DNA of 64,000 nucleotides from Minisyncoccota bacterium (GTDB taxonomy: Bacteria; Patescibacteriota; Minisyncoccia; Phycocordibacterales; UBA2100), in NCBI GenBank assembly GCA_022842645.1, contig JALHPE010000001.1:199711-263710 (forward strand), written 5' to 3'. A model generated the notes under the pieces. That model was not told the origin of the DNA, did not search any database, and saw only the letters and a list, made by a program, of their open reading frames with translations. Shown piece after piece: positions 48,285 through 58,183 of this stretch (position 1 is its first letter; each line of letters opens with the position of its first letter). The translations under genes were made by a program, and so were the position numbers.

Positions 48285-49460
48285 TTAAGGGCAACTCCCC
48301 ACTGCGCTGACATCGCAACGATTCGTAAAATCTCGAACCACTCCATCATACCCTCCGCAAATGAGCACTCTGCCATCACTGAGCGTTGATTGTTTGTGGG
48401 CACCCTTGATTTGCGGTAGTTGAGGAGAGCTCGTCCATGTGTTCGTTGCAGGATTATACGTATCACAACGATTCGTGTCTGAACTTCCACTATTCCCCCC
48501 GCATGCGATTACTCGCCCGCCCTGGAGAGTACTCATGGAAAAATGGTAACGACCCTGTGGCATGTCAGCAACCCGAGTCCATGTGTTAGTAGAAGAATTA
48601 TACACATCACATCGTGCTGATAGTGCGCCGGTATAGCCTCCACACACGAGTACGCGACCGTCAATAAGTGTTGCCGAAGCAAGGCCATGTTTCGCTTCTG
48701 GCAAATTAGCGGCTTGAGTCCACGTTCCCGTTTGTGAACTATACACATCACATCTATTTAGGTAGGTGCTTACATATCCTCCACACGCAATCATGTTTCC
48801 GTTACCGAGGAGCGCAGCTGTATGGCCAGACTTTACGGTAGGCATGGCAGCAAAAACTCCCCATGTGTTTGCTACAGGATCGTATGCTCGACAAACATTC
48901 GTATGATTTGAATTCATTGCTAAGGAACCACCACAAAGGACTACTCTGCCATCATTCATCGTCACCGAACTTTGAAGATAGAGAATTGAGCTCAAACTTG
49001 CGACTTGTGACCATGTACCGAGGGACACGTTAAACACATCGCATCGATTGGTCATAGCAAAAGAAGGACCGGTATCGGCCAAACCTCCGCACGCAAGCAC
49101 ATTTCCATTTAGCATAGTGGACTGACTAAAAAAATATTTTGCCTGCGGCAGATTTGCAGTTTGCGTCCACGAAGCAACGCATGTCTCACAGGTTCCAACA
49201 CCCACCCCGCCCGGCGGATTGGTATAAAAAGAAGTCCACTCAGCAGATGAGACTGTGGGAACGTACACACTGAGCCCCGTCGCACTGTTGTTCGTCACGT
49301 TCCTACAGGTACTGTGCGCCGTGATGCTTTGCGATCCACCGTGATTCACGGTGGAGCTGTCGGAAGCTTCGATTATAACTGCAACACTAAGGACCACCAT
49401 CGTACTCAGAAAAGCACCCACTATCCCTTTTCTCGTCATGTATTTGCTGAGTGTATCCAA
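48285..49460 (-). CDS. Secreted Kelch beta-propeller protein with shared N-terminal module
   Basis: Same module followed by six L.DG.V..CGG...NRCD.Y.....TW repeats; alternative ATG start at 49439. Confidence 0.88.
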   Translation of the reverse strand: MDTLSKYMTRKGIVGAFLSTMVVLSVAVIIEASDSSTVNHGGSQSITAHSTCRNVTNNSATGLSVYVPTVSSAEWTSFYTNPPGGVGVGTCETCVASWTQTANLPQAKYFFSQSTMLNGNVLACGGLADTGPSFAMTNRCDVFNVSLGTWSQVASLSSILYLQSSVTMNDGRVVLCGGSLAMNSNHTNVCRAYDPVANTWGVFAAMPTVKSGHTAALLGNGNMIACGGYVSTYLNRCDVYSSQTGTWTQAANLPEAKHGLASATLIDGRVLVCGGYTGALSARCDVYNSSTNTWTRVADMPQGRYHFSMSTLQGGRVIACGGNSGSSDTNRCDTYNPATNTWTSSPQLPQIKGAHKQSTLSDGRVLICGGYDGVVRDFTNRCDVSAVGSCP

Positions 49461-49466
49461 AACCGC

Positions 49467-50954
49467 CTAGCGCTCCTTCCAGACAGGAAGTGCATTTACG
49501 ACCGCAGTCTTCGTGAGGACTCCTTGATTTGATTGACAGGTAAGCGTGTATCGTACTTGCCGAGAAATTGGACTCGACAACTCGCCGCCGATCGGAGATT
49601 CAACACCAGTCCATGCATCGCCATTCGCTCCTTGTACTGTGCACGATTGCACATTTGTTGCCGACCAGTTCACACGAACCGTCTCACCTTGACGCACGAG
49701 GGACGGTACGACACGTATCGTTAGATTCGGCTCTAAAGAACCGCTGCCACCCCATACCACACCCCCGCCATTCCCTGTTATACCCCCATCGAAACCAACT
49801 ATGGCATCACCCGGAAGATTCGCATTGTTCGCACAATTAAAAGTCAAATTTGCCCACGATGAATTCCTACCTCCTTGATCTTGCGCAACGATCCCTATCG
49901 TCTTGGATCCAGAAGAGGAGAACGTTCGAGACGCCGATTGCTGGACACCTGAAGAAACATACCCCGAAGCAGGCGCCCACTCATCGATTGCGCTATCGTT
50001 ATTCCAATCGATACCGTACCTCAGAGGGTCATTATCCGCATCGGTTGCGGTGAAATTAATGGTGTGTGGAATTCCTACGACACAGGCTCCTCCAGCAGCC
50101 GAAACTGTTGGCGTGGTGGGAGCACTGCCAACGGGCTGACCGACGGTAATCTCGCAGGAACGTGTAAGGGTGGGTATGTTGATCATGAAGGGAGCGTCAT
50201 TCGCACCCCTCCCCAAAGAACTCGGATACACACTTTCCGGCGTGCATCCCGGCCCACTGGTGCGAGTGTGGCAGTATTGCGCGGTGTGATCCATCCAATA
50301 GGTGGCATTCGTCGCACCGAACATGAACGTGGGAGTGAATGTGCCTACATTCGGCGTGGTACACAGATACTCCCCATTTCCCACGCTCGTGCATCCGAGG
50401 TTTTCTGCTCCGGTCAAAGTCTTTGGCGGCGGATTCACTGAGAGCTCAGCGTACAAGTTGCCCCAGATCTTTTTTGCACGAGCGATATAGTTTTCTGGTT
50501 CGCAGATATTCACACCCGGCTCCGCGGCATTCGGCACCCACACGCCATACGGAGAATCCAGGAAGGCGCCGGTGATGAACCACGAGATATCCTGCGGCAC
50601 ATGTGGGACGAACGTGTATTTCACTTTCGTACCTGCCGGGACGGATGCGCCGCATGCAATAACCGCGCCCGTATCGGCATCAGTCACTTTCGTATGATAT
50701 TTGATAGTCACGTTCGAGCCCGAGAATCGCGGCTGCCCAGAATCGCCACTACAAGTGAGTCCCCAGACTGTCCCCCCTTCGGTCCTGTTCCATAGAATAT
50801 CGTCGCCGGTAACTGAAGAAGTCTCAGATGTCGCTATTCCTGCACCAACTCCACGCGTACCTCGCGCCTCAGTAAAAAATACGAGTACCGATAGCATGAT
50901 CAACGAGAGCCCGATGAGTCCCACAACATATCTGCCTAAAAAGAATGTACGCAT
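49467..50954 (-). CDS. Secreted protein with PKD-like domain and conserved C-terminal Ig-like domain
   Basis: Signal peptide, ATDADND.LRYGIDW, C-terminal PSLV..G..V.V.W...C...YTLTC...PVWKER. Confidence 0.78.
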   Translation of the reverse strand: MRTFFLGRYVVGLIGLSLIMLSVLVFFTEARGTRGVGAGIATSETSSVTGDDILWNRTEGGTVWGLTCSGDSGQPRFSGSNVTIKYHTKVTDADTGAVIACGASVPAGTKVKYTFVPHVPQDISWFITGAFLDSPYGVWVPNAAEPGVNICEPENYIARAKKIWGNLYAELSVNPPPKTLTGAENLGCTSVGNGEYLCTTPNVGTFTPTFMFGATNATYWMDHTAQYCHTRTSGPGCTPESVYPSSLGRGANDAPFMINIPTLTRSCEITVGQPVGSAPTTPTVSAAGGACVVGIPHTINFTATDADNDPLRYGIDWNNDSAIDEWAPASGYVSSGVQQSASRTFSSSGSKTIGIVAQDQGGRNSSWANLTFNCANNANLPGDAIVGFDGGITGNGGGVVWGGSGSLEPNLTIRVVPSLVRQGETVRVNWSATNVQSCTVQGANGDAWTGVESPIGGELSSPISRQVRYTLTCQSNQGVLTKTAVVNALPVWKER

Positions 50955-50963
50955 ACGTATGTG

Positions 50964-52403
50964 TTATTGCTGCGGTGGTAGTTGATGAGATTCTGTTCGA
51001 GTAATTTTGCGAAACACCACTAACAGAAGGATGATGAGAAGAAAACTAAAAATCAACATACCGATACCATAGATCGAATCCTTTATAGAAGATAGTGGCG
51101 AGACTTTCTTGGTAGAAGCACAGAGCGTGGGGTCAATATCTGCGCAGTCATACGTGAGCAGTGCCTCATCGACGAACTCCCCTTCCTGATACAATCGCGC
51201 CGAGAGCGTCACGTAGTCATACGTCTCTCCTGGAGTGAAGAGACTTTCAACCCCCATCATCGCGCCAGATACTTCACCATCATAACGATATTCATGTATG
51301 ACCTTGCCGTCGCGATCAGTAAGGCTCAGATCGAAGCTGACATTTTCCACACTCGGTGCGCTACCGGAATTATGAAGGCACGCAAATAGTACATTCTCTT
51401 GTCCGGCTGTTATTGGAAACGTGGTGATGCCGGGAAAATTAATACGCGGAATATCTATCCCTTCACGCACGAATCGTACGCCAATGATTGATTTTGCTCC
51501 ATTCCACGAAAGCGTGCCAACAACATAGTACACAGGGTAGTTGCTATTGCTCACGACAATCTCAACATCTGTCCCCCCCTCGGGAACGATGATATCGCGG
51601 AACTCCTCATCGATTACATTCTCTCTCAGCTGCGCATCCCATCGATACACGCTCCACGAAAGCGATGCGCGCTGTGATTTGCCGAGCGTGTTGTCGATAC
51701 GAGCGCGTACAGTAACTGGCGATACCGCGTCTTTTCTTGGTGGAAATGCCGCAAAGAAATACGGCTCATTATCGATAGTTACTTTCGCCTTGTCGAATCC
51801 GAAAGTCCCGACATGTTCGCTACTGACAGTGAACGGTACGGTATTCCCCACCACATCATCAGTGAATGAAAGACCGAGAAGATTAAATTTACGGGAGGTT
51901 GTGAAGAACGTCGCAAGCTGGTACTCCCCACTGAGCGCAAATGCGGGCACCTGCCATTTAAATGACACCGGGACTGAGCCTCCCGCAGGGATGGTGATAT
52001 CGCCCTCGACCAGGAATTGATCGACGACGTCCGGTCCGAGACCGTCATTTGCTCCGCCACGCGATTTGAAAATCTTCACGTATAAGGCGCCATCGACGAT
52101 TGGATACGGATTGCTGTTGACGAGATTGCCGCTGAAAGTAATCGGTGCGCCCGAAACCGTGCCAGAGACCTCTGCGCGGATGCGTGCCTGCACGGAACCG
52201 AATGTGTAGTAGTCGAAGCACGAAACAGTGCCCGGCGGGACGACGACATCTGCGAATCCTTCATCTTCATTCGAGGCTTCGATCACGCCATTTTCAATGA
52301 ACGCAGGTGCCTGAGCGTATGCAGAAAGAGGCAACGTTATAAGACCGATCAAGAAAATTGCGGCCGTCTTCACTCCTCCCTGAGAGCGATTGAGTACGAA
52401 CAT
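50964..52403 (-). CDS. Exported beta-rich protein with C-terminal membrane anchor
   Basis: Signal peptide ending AYA, beta-strand-rich body, C-terminal TM helix. Confidence 0.75.
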   Translation of the reverse strand: MFVLNRSQGGVKTAAIFLIGLITLPLSAYAQAPAFIENGVIEASNEDEGFADVVVPPGTVSCFDYYTFGSVQARIRAEVSGTVSGAPITFSGNLVNSNPYPIVDGALYVKIFKSRGGANDGLGPDVVDQFLVEGDITIPAGGSVPVSFKWQVPAFALSGEYQLATFFTTSRKFNLLGLSFTDDVVGNTVPFTVSSEHVGTFGFDKAKVTIDNEPYFFAAFPPRKDAVSPVTVRARIDNTLGKSQRASLSWSVYRWDAQLRENVIDEEFRDIIVPEGGTDVEIVVSNSNYPVYYVVGTLSWNGAKSIIGVRFVREGIDIPRINFPGITTFPITAGQENVLFACLHNSGSAPSVENVSFDLSLTDRDGKVIHEYRYDGEVSGAMMGVESLFTPGETYDYVTLSARLYQEGEFVDEALLTYDCADIDPTLCASTKKVSPLSSIKDSIYGIGMLIFSFLLIILLLVVFRKITRTESHQLPPQQ

Positions 52404-52460
52404 GATTCTATTGTATATAAAATTTACCTACCAAAACGACATATCCCCAGCGATTCTTCG

Positions 52461-53624
52461 CTACTGGTAGATGTCGCAGCGCCCGTGGATCGACATACCG
52501 CCCGAGTATCCGCCGCAGACGAGTACCGCTCCACTCGATAATGCTGCTGCTGAATACATACTCCTCGTCAGCGGATCGTTCGCCGCTTGCGTCCAGGTAT
52601 TAGTCGCAACGTTATACAGATCGCATCGATTCGTATAACTACCTGTCGTGCCTCCGCACATGAGAACCCTCCCGTCGCTGATGCGCGCTGCAGCTATACT
52701 GCCTTTCACCTGCGGGAGATTGGCTACCTGAGTCCACATATTTGTAGTTGGATTGTAGATATCGCACCGATTCGTATAGGTCGCGCTGCGACCTGGCTTC
52801 ACCGTCATACCGCCACACAAGAGCACTCGCCCATCGGTCAACGTTGCTGCACCCGGATGCGATTTTGCTTGAGGAACACCAGCCACCTGCGTCCAGGTAT
52901 TCGTTGAATAATTATAGATATCGCAACGATTCGTGAGAACGCCGGTATCGCCGGCACAATAGAGGGCTCGACCATCTAAGAGAGCGACACCTACGACACC
53001 AGCCCTCCCACCTGCAGGCACGCTGGCAACTTGCGTCCACGCGTTCGTCGGAACATCATATGTGTAGCAACTGCCGTTCGGCGATACCGCTGCCCCGCCA
53101 CAGATCAATACGCGATTGTTCCCGAGCAGTACGGCTGTCGAATATCCGAGTGGCGCCGGCATGCTCGCGACTGCAGTCCACGTGTTGCTCGTGGGATTAT
53201 ATATTTCGCAGTTGGCAATGACGCCAGAGTAGGATTGGTTCATGCCGCCGCATACAAGCGCACGCCCATCAGCAAGACCGACCAACATATGAGAAAAACG
53301 CCCCTGTACCATGTTCGCGCGCTGCGTAAACGTATTCAACCAACAGCTCCCTGCCGTCACCCCACTCGGTGGATTTGTATAAAACGACGCCCACTCGGCT
53401 GCGGTGACAGTCGGAACGTAGAGGCTTGCGCCAGTTGTGCTGTTGTTTGTCACATTGCGGCATGTCGAGTGCGCAGTGATCGCAAGGCTTCCGCCATGAT
53501 TCACGGTGGAACTGTCGGAGGCTTCGAGTACGATCGCAGAAAATGCGAGAGCAGCGAGCGTCAGTACAAGAAAGGCGAGCATCGGCCCCAGAAAGGTCCG
53601 AAGCCGTGATGCACCTAGAACCAT
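52461..53624 (-). CDS. Secreted Kelch beta-propeller protein with shared N-terminal module
   Basis: Same module followed by six Cys-containing Kelch repeats. Confidence 0.88.
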   Translation of the reverse strand: MVLGASRLRTFLGPMLAFLVLTLAALAFSAIVLEASDSSTVNHGGSLAITAHSTCRNVTNNSTTGASLYVPTVTAAEWASFYTNPPSGVTAGSCWLNTFTQRANMVQGRFSHMLVGLADGRALVCGGMNQSYSGVIANCEIYNPTSNTWTAVASMPAPLGYSTAVLLGNNRVLICGGAAVSPNGSCYTYDVPTNAWTQVASVPAGGRAGVVGVALLDGRALYCAGDTGVLTNRCDIYNYSTNTWTQVAGVPQAKSHPGAATLTDGRVLLCGGMTVKPGRSATYTNRCDIYNPTTNMWTQVANLPQVKGSIAAARISDGRVLMCGGTTGSYTNRCDLYNVATNTWTQAANDPLTRSMYSAAALSSGAVLVCGGYSGGMSIHGRCDIYQ

Positions 53625-53626
53625 AA

Positions 53627-54175
53627 TTACATCTGAGATTTGAGGGTCTCGATGTCCGCCTTGAGCACATCTATTTCACGCTGCTGCTCTTTTACCGCCT
53701 CAATAAGAACGCCGATGAGCTGATCGTATTCGACCGACTTAAAACCATCTGCACTGGTGTGTACCGCACTGGGAAGCACGGCTTCTACCTCCTGCGCGAT
53801 GATGCCAGCGCCTTGGGTGCCGTCTTTTTTCCAATTAAATGAAACGCCACGGATTTTTTCAAGAATGGAAAGTCCCTGGAGAGGCGCAATATTCTCTTTT
53901 AAACGCGCGTCAGACGAATGAAAATATCCGAGTGCCGTTACATTATTCCCTACAGTCAATGTGCCAGTGAGCGAACTATTACCAAAAACGGCGAGCGCAT
54001 TGACTGAAAGTCCCGCATTTTTAACCTGATCTGTGGTTCCCACATTCACCGGAGGAGAGACATTACCGTTTGGCGGAGATTGTGAGGGACCCGTCCACGC
54101 CGTCACGGAAAAACCAATGGAAACGAGAGTGATGACAAGCGAGAGCACTATGCCTCGAAGCGAAAACACATACAT
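53627..54175 (-). CDS. Minimal secreted fibre protein with peptidase S74 intramolecular chaperone domain
   Basis: Signal peptide, WTGP...PP.GNV.PPVNVG, then SDARLKENI...GIIAQEVEAVLP..V...VEYDQLI..LIEAVKEQQ coiled coil. Confidence 0.85.
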   Translation of the reverse strand: MYVFSLRGIVLSLVITLVSIGFSVTAWTGPSQSPPNGNVSPPVNVGTTDQVKNAGLSVNALAVFGNSSLTGTLTVGNNVTALGYFHSSDARLKENIAPLQGLSILEKIRGVSFNWKKDGTQGAGIIAQEVEAVLPSAVHTSADGFKSVEYDQLIGVLIEAVKEQQREIDVLKADIETLKSQM

Positions 54176-54271
54176 GAGAAAAGTATATGCTCCGGGAAAT
54201 GTATGGCGACTTCTTTTGAAAGAAATCTGGGGACAAGTCTTCGCGTTTAGTTTGATTTAAAAGTGCAAAAA

Positions 54272-56428
54272 CTAAATCTCCTTCCAATCCGGCCGTCGCG
54301 ATACCGTGGCGGTTTGCGTAAGATTCCCTCCAAGACCGGTGCAGAAAAGTGTGTAGGTGGTCATACGCGTGAGCGGAGATGATGTTTCGGAACCAGAAAG
54401 CATGCTCCATAAGTCGTCGATGTCCGGATTGTCTTCTGTCACGGTGCACGAGGTTGCGCTTTGCACATTCCAGGATACGGTGACGGTGTTGTTGTAGCCG
54501 ATGAAGGAAGGAGAGACACGAAGTTCGCCGCCCGAAGCAGTGAACGGGGCGGGGGGCAGGGTGCAGGTGCCTGCGGAGCAGATGAGGCCGGTGCTACAAG
54601 CTTCTATAGGAGCATTGGTGCATGCATTCTGTCGATGTGTGCTGTCGGTGCAGACGTAGGTGGAGGCGCATGCCGGAAGCCAGGTGGTTTGCACGGGGTT
54701 TGAGCCAGCGTTGAAACTGACCCATCCTACGTTTGTGTCTCCCCACGCATAGCCTGAGAGTGTGCTACTCGCGAGTGTCGGGCCGTAGGTGGGAGATGTA
54801 CCAGAGAGACTGATGAAGCCGTCCCAACCGCCGCTTTGTGGATCGTTTGCGGAGAGCACCTTCATCCAACCCCTGAGTGCAAGATCTTCCATGCGTGCAG
54901 TGCAGGTGCCCGAGGGACATCCAAGAAGATCATTTGCACTCGCACTCACCCAGCCGACATTTGCGCTCCATGCACAGCCCGAGAATGTGCCGTCGTTTGC
55001 GATTGCGACGCCGAAGTTGCTCGCGCCACAGGTGCCAGAGTTCTGGCAGCTGAAATCGATCCATCCGATGGTGTCGCTCCAGGCGTAGCCGGTCACAGGA
55101 GTGCCTCCTGATGCAACGGTACATTGAGGAAGTGCAATGATTGCACTATCTTCGTTGGAATATGGACTGTCGCCCACTGCATTAGTGGCAACGGCGCGGT
55201 AGTAGTAGGTGGTGTTGGGTGAGGCAGTGGTGTCGTCGAAGGTGTTTACGACGCCGACTGACGTGAGGAGTGTCGTGGGATTTGAGGATGTGCCACGGTA
55301 GATCTTGTAGCCAGTGATTGCGCTGCCGCCGTTGCTTGAAGGAGTGTTCCACGTGAGAGAGATGCTGTCCGCGTCTGCGGTGGCGTTGAGGGATTGGGGG
55401 GCGGTGGGGGCTACAGAAGTGACTGACGCATAGTAAATGACGTTAGTGCGATTGGCGCCCGTAAACATACCGCCAAATAAGTACGCAAAACTACCAATGA
55501 AAGAAAATTGAGAAGACGCTAATGCTCCCGGCAAGACAGCTCCTGTATCAGTCCATACGGTCGGACTCGATACGTGAGCCCGATAAATATTATTAGAATA
55601 TACGCTGCCACCAGAGATACCACCGAGAGCGTAGACGTAGTCACCGACTACCCCGACGGCATGATGTCCAAGCGCTTTCGGAAGCACGTTCGTTTCGCGG
55701 ATCCAGCTTGTCGGATTAGATAGTGGCGCGCGATAGATCTGGTTCGTATATGCACCGCCTGAGGTATCTCCTCCGAATAGGTACACATTGCTTCCTACTA
55801 TTGCCAATCGCGATCCGGAGAGATTATTTGGCAGAGTCGCGCCTGTATTTGTCCAACTCAGCGGATTCGTAAGCGGCGCTCGGTAAATTGCACTCGTACT
55901 GACCGAAGGCCCTGTCTGGCCTCCGAATAGGTACACGTAGTCCCCGATTACGGCGGCTTGTGAAGAACCTACCACGTTCGGCAGTGTACTTCCGGTATTT
56001 GTCCAAGTCGTGGGATTAGACACCGGCGCACGATATATGACGTTGGTATACTGCAATCCCGTATATCCGCCGAAAAGATACACGTAGTCCCCGATTACCA
56101 TGGCCTGCGATGAACCGAGATTACCTGGCAATGTCGCCCCTGTATTAGTCCAACTTAGCGGGTTGGCAACTGGCGCTCGATAAATGACGTTGGTATACGA
56201 TGGAGAACCTTGCCCACCAAATAGATATATGTAATCTCCTATGGTGACGAGCTGCGAACCTCGGAGAACGCCGGGTAGTGTCCCTGGCGCAACCGTCCAC
56301 CCACCCTCATTGAGAGTCTGTGAATCTACCTTTTGTGGCTCCGCAGAAAAAGAAACAATGAATGCAATGGAAGCAAGAAGCACCAAAAGCCCAGAAACAT
56401 GGTGCGCTCGAATACTCCGTTTATTCAT
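54272..56428 (-). CDS. Secreted Kelch-like propeller + FN3 + GxAW-repeat + C-terminal Ig-like domain protein
   Basis: Six YVYLFGG...IYRAP..NP..W repeats, FN3 (LTWNTPSSNGGSAITGYKIYRG), GYAWS..IGW repeats, ends RRPDWKEI. Confidence 0.85.
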   Translation of the reverse strand: MNKRSIRAHHVSGLLVLLASIAFIVSFSAEPQKVDSQTLNEGGWTVAPGTLPGVLRGSQLVTIGDYIYLFGGQGSPSYTNVIYRAPVANPLSWTNTGATLPGNLGSSQAMVIGDYVYLFGGYTGLQYTNVIYRAPVSNPTTWTNTGSTLPNVVGSSQAAVIGDYVYLFGGQTGPSVSTSAIYRAPLTNPLSWTNTGATLPNNLSGSRLAIVGSNVYLFGGDTSGGAYTNQIYRAPLSNPTSWIRETNVLPKALGHHAVGVVGDYVYALGGISGGSVYSNNIYRAHVSSPTVWTDTGAVLPGALASSQFSFIGSFAYLFGGMFTGANRTNVIYYASVTSVAPTAPQSLNATADADSISLTWNTPSSNGGSAITGYKIYRGTSSNPTTLLTSVGVVNTFDDTTASPNTTYYYRAVATNAVGDSPYSNEDSAIIALPQCTVASGGTPVTGYAWSDTIGWIDFSCQNSGTCGASNFGVAIANDGTFSGCAWSANVGWVSASANDLLGCPSGTCTARMEDLALRGWMKVLSANDPQSGGWDGFISLSGTSPTYGPTLASSTLSGYAWGDTNVGWVSFNAGSNPVQTTWLPACASTYVCTDSTHRQNACTNAPIEACSTGLICSAGTCTLPPAPFTASGGELRVSPSFIGYNNTVTVSWNVQSATSCTVTEDNPDIDDLWSMLSGSETSSPLTRMTTYTLFCTGLGGNLTQTATVSRRPDWKEI

Positions 56429-56432
56429 ATAT

Positions 56433-56699
56433 TCACTGCGTACTCAATGACTCAAGTATGCGCAGTTTTTCTTCCTCCGAAACGTCCGCGCCAGTGGATG
56501 ATGCGCTGAGGGTCGCAAGCACTTCGGCCTTCTGCTCAACAGAATACTCAGGATTAAATATTTCGTTCGCCTCGCGTGCGCGCTCGTCTTTCATTTCAGG
56601 CTGTGTAAGCGCGATCCCCAAGGCGAGGATACCGACTGCTGCGAAGAGGACCCCTATCGCAAGTACGCGCTTTGAATTTTTATCGATATCACCTCCCAT
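56433..56699 (-). CDS. Small single-TM protein
   Basis: One TM helix; first gene of the island operon, with a leaderless-type -10 box upstream. Confidence 0.65.
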   Translation of the reverse strand: MGGDIDKNSKRVLAIGVLFAAVGILALGIALTQPEMKDERAREANEIFNPEYSVEQKAEVLATLSASSTGADVSEEEKLRILESLSTQ

Positions 56700-56792
56700 A
56701 CGACCATAATACCGCTTTCTTAAGAAAATAATTTGTATCCTGTGTATTACTTATAAAAATGCACATCCCTCGGCTGATATACTAGATTCGTC

Positions 56793-58130
56793 ATGCGCGA
56801 CTCACGTTCTTCATACTCTCTTGATACGCGAGGGCTTGGTTTCGCGTGTAAAGCACTTTTTGCAGTTGTGCTTGTGTTTGGAGCAGTACACTACGGCACA
56901 ACACGTGCATCTGAATATCTCATTCTTTCTACAATCGATACGGCGGCACAACCCGCTGCAATAACACCAGCAGTGCAAGAAACAGTTCACCCCATCTACG
57001 ACGCACTCACTGAGTATGAACGCACACTGTCCGCGCGCACAACGGGCGTTGCAGCGTTTGACACTCTCGTTCGTGCGCGGGCGCGTATGGTGGGTATACG
57101 AGATCAAACGATATTCCTCTTCGAAAATAGTGCTGTCGGTAAGGAAATACCCTTCACAGCTCATGGCACTATACCGACGGGCCTCGCCGTAGCACATGCC
57201 CTCTCGGGCACAGACGACATATTCCCCACAATCAGCTTCCCAGGATGTGTCATAAGCGGCCCACTCCCGAAAGACAACGACACTCTCTGTGTCACACTCA
57301 CCCCAGAAGACGCCGCTCATCTCGCCGAGTTTGTCGGAGCTGGAACGCCTATTTTTGTTACCGCATCAGAGCACAAAGCCGGAACTCCACCAGAACAACC
57401 ACTCCCGCGCATCTCAGCAAAAGCATTTATTGTGGCTGATCTTGGCACGGGTACTGTATATGCCGCAAAAGACGCTGAAACGGCACGCCCTATTGCATCC
57501 ATTTCAAAACTTTTTACGGCCCTTGTTGCCCGCGAAACCATTCGCGACGACAGGACGATGACCGTAACGCGTGACGATCAGTCGCAGACGGAAGGGGTGC
57601 CCGGCTCTATTCGCGCAGGAGAAAGTTTTACAGTCGACGAGCTGCTCTACCCCCTTCTTATGGAGAGTAATAATTCCTCTGCCTACACACTCGCTCGCTA
57701 TGAAGGTACCGAGCAATTTATCGAGCGCGTCAATCAGAAAATAGGGGTGCTTGGCATGACGGCAACGAGACTTGATGACCCTTCGGGGCTCTCCCCAAAC
57801 AATGTCTCAAGCCCGAAAGATCTTGTTACCCTTCTGCGCCACATTAGCGATTATCACTCGCTCCTTTTTGAAATAACCGGAGCGCGCACCAAGGCACTCC
57901 GCGCAGAAAACGGTAGAACCTACGGCTTTTCAAACTTCAACCATTTTGCAGGCGACGAGGGATTTGTCGGTGGAAAAACAGGATTTATTGCAGAAGCAGG
58001 TCAAACCTACGCAGGTGTCTTTGAAGTTCCTAGCACAAGCGGCACGAGCACAATTGCAATTGTGGTGCTTGGGTCGGAAGATCGTAAAAAAGACTCGGCC
58101 GCTCTCCTCTCCTGGTTCCGGGAACGATAA
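56793..58130 (+). CDS. D-alanyl-D-alanine carboxypeptidase (S11) with degenerate YkuD-like N-terminal region
   Basis: SxxK (ASISK), SxN (SNN) and KTG motifs. Confidence 0.88.
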   Translation: MRDSRSSYSLDTRGLGFACKALFAVVLVFGAVHYGTTRASEYLILSTIDTAAQPAAITPAVQETVHPIYDALTEYERTLSARTTGVAAFDTLVRARARMVGIRDQTIFLFENSAVGKEIPFTAHGTIPTGLAVAHALSGTDDIFPTISFPGCVISGPLPKDNDTLCVTLTPEDAAHLAEFVGAGTPIFVTASEHKAGTPPEQPLPRISAKAFIVADLGTGTVYAAKDAETARPIASISKLFTALVARETIRDDRTMTVTRDDQSQTEGVPGSIRAGESFTVDELLYPLLMESNNSSAYTLARYEGTEQFIERVNQKIGVLGMTATRLDDPSGLSPNNVSSPKDLVTLLRHISDYHSLLFEITGARTKALRAENGRTYGFSNFNHFAGDEGFVGGKTGFIAEAGQTYAGVFEVPSTSGTSTIAIVVLGSEDRKKDSAALLSWFRER

Positions 58131-58183
58131 GCAGAACACCCCGTAACCGTGTACGGGGTATTCTTATAGCAAAGCCTCCGGTG

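Noticed and set aside
53627-54175. S74 tail-fibre domain as evidence of a prophage
   Set aside because: The protein has a signal peptide, and there are no capsid, terminase, portal or integrase genes nearby.
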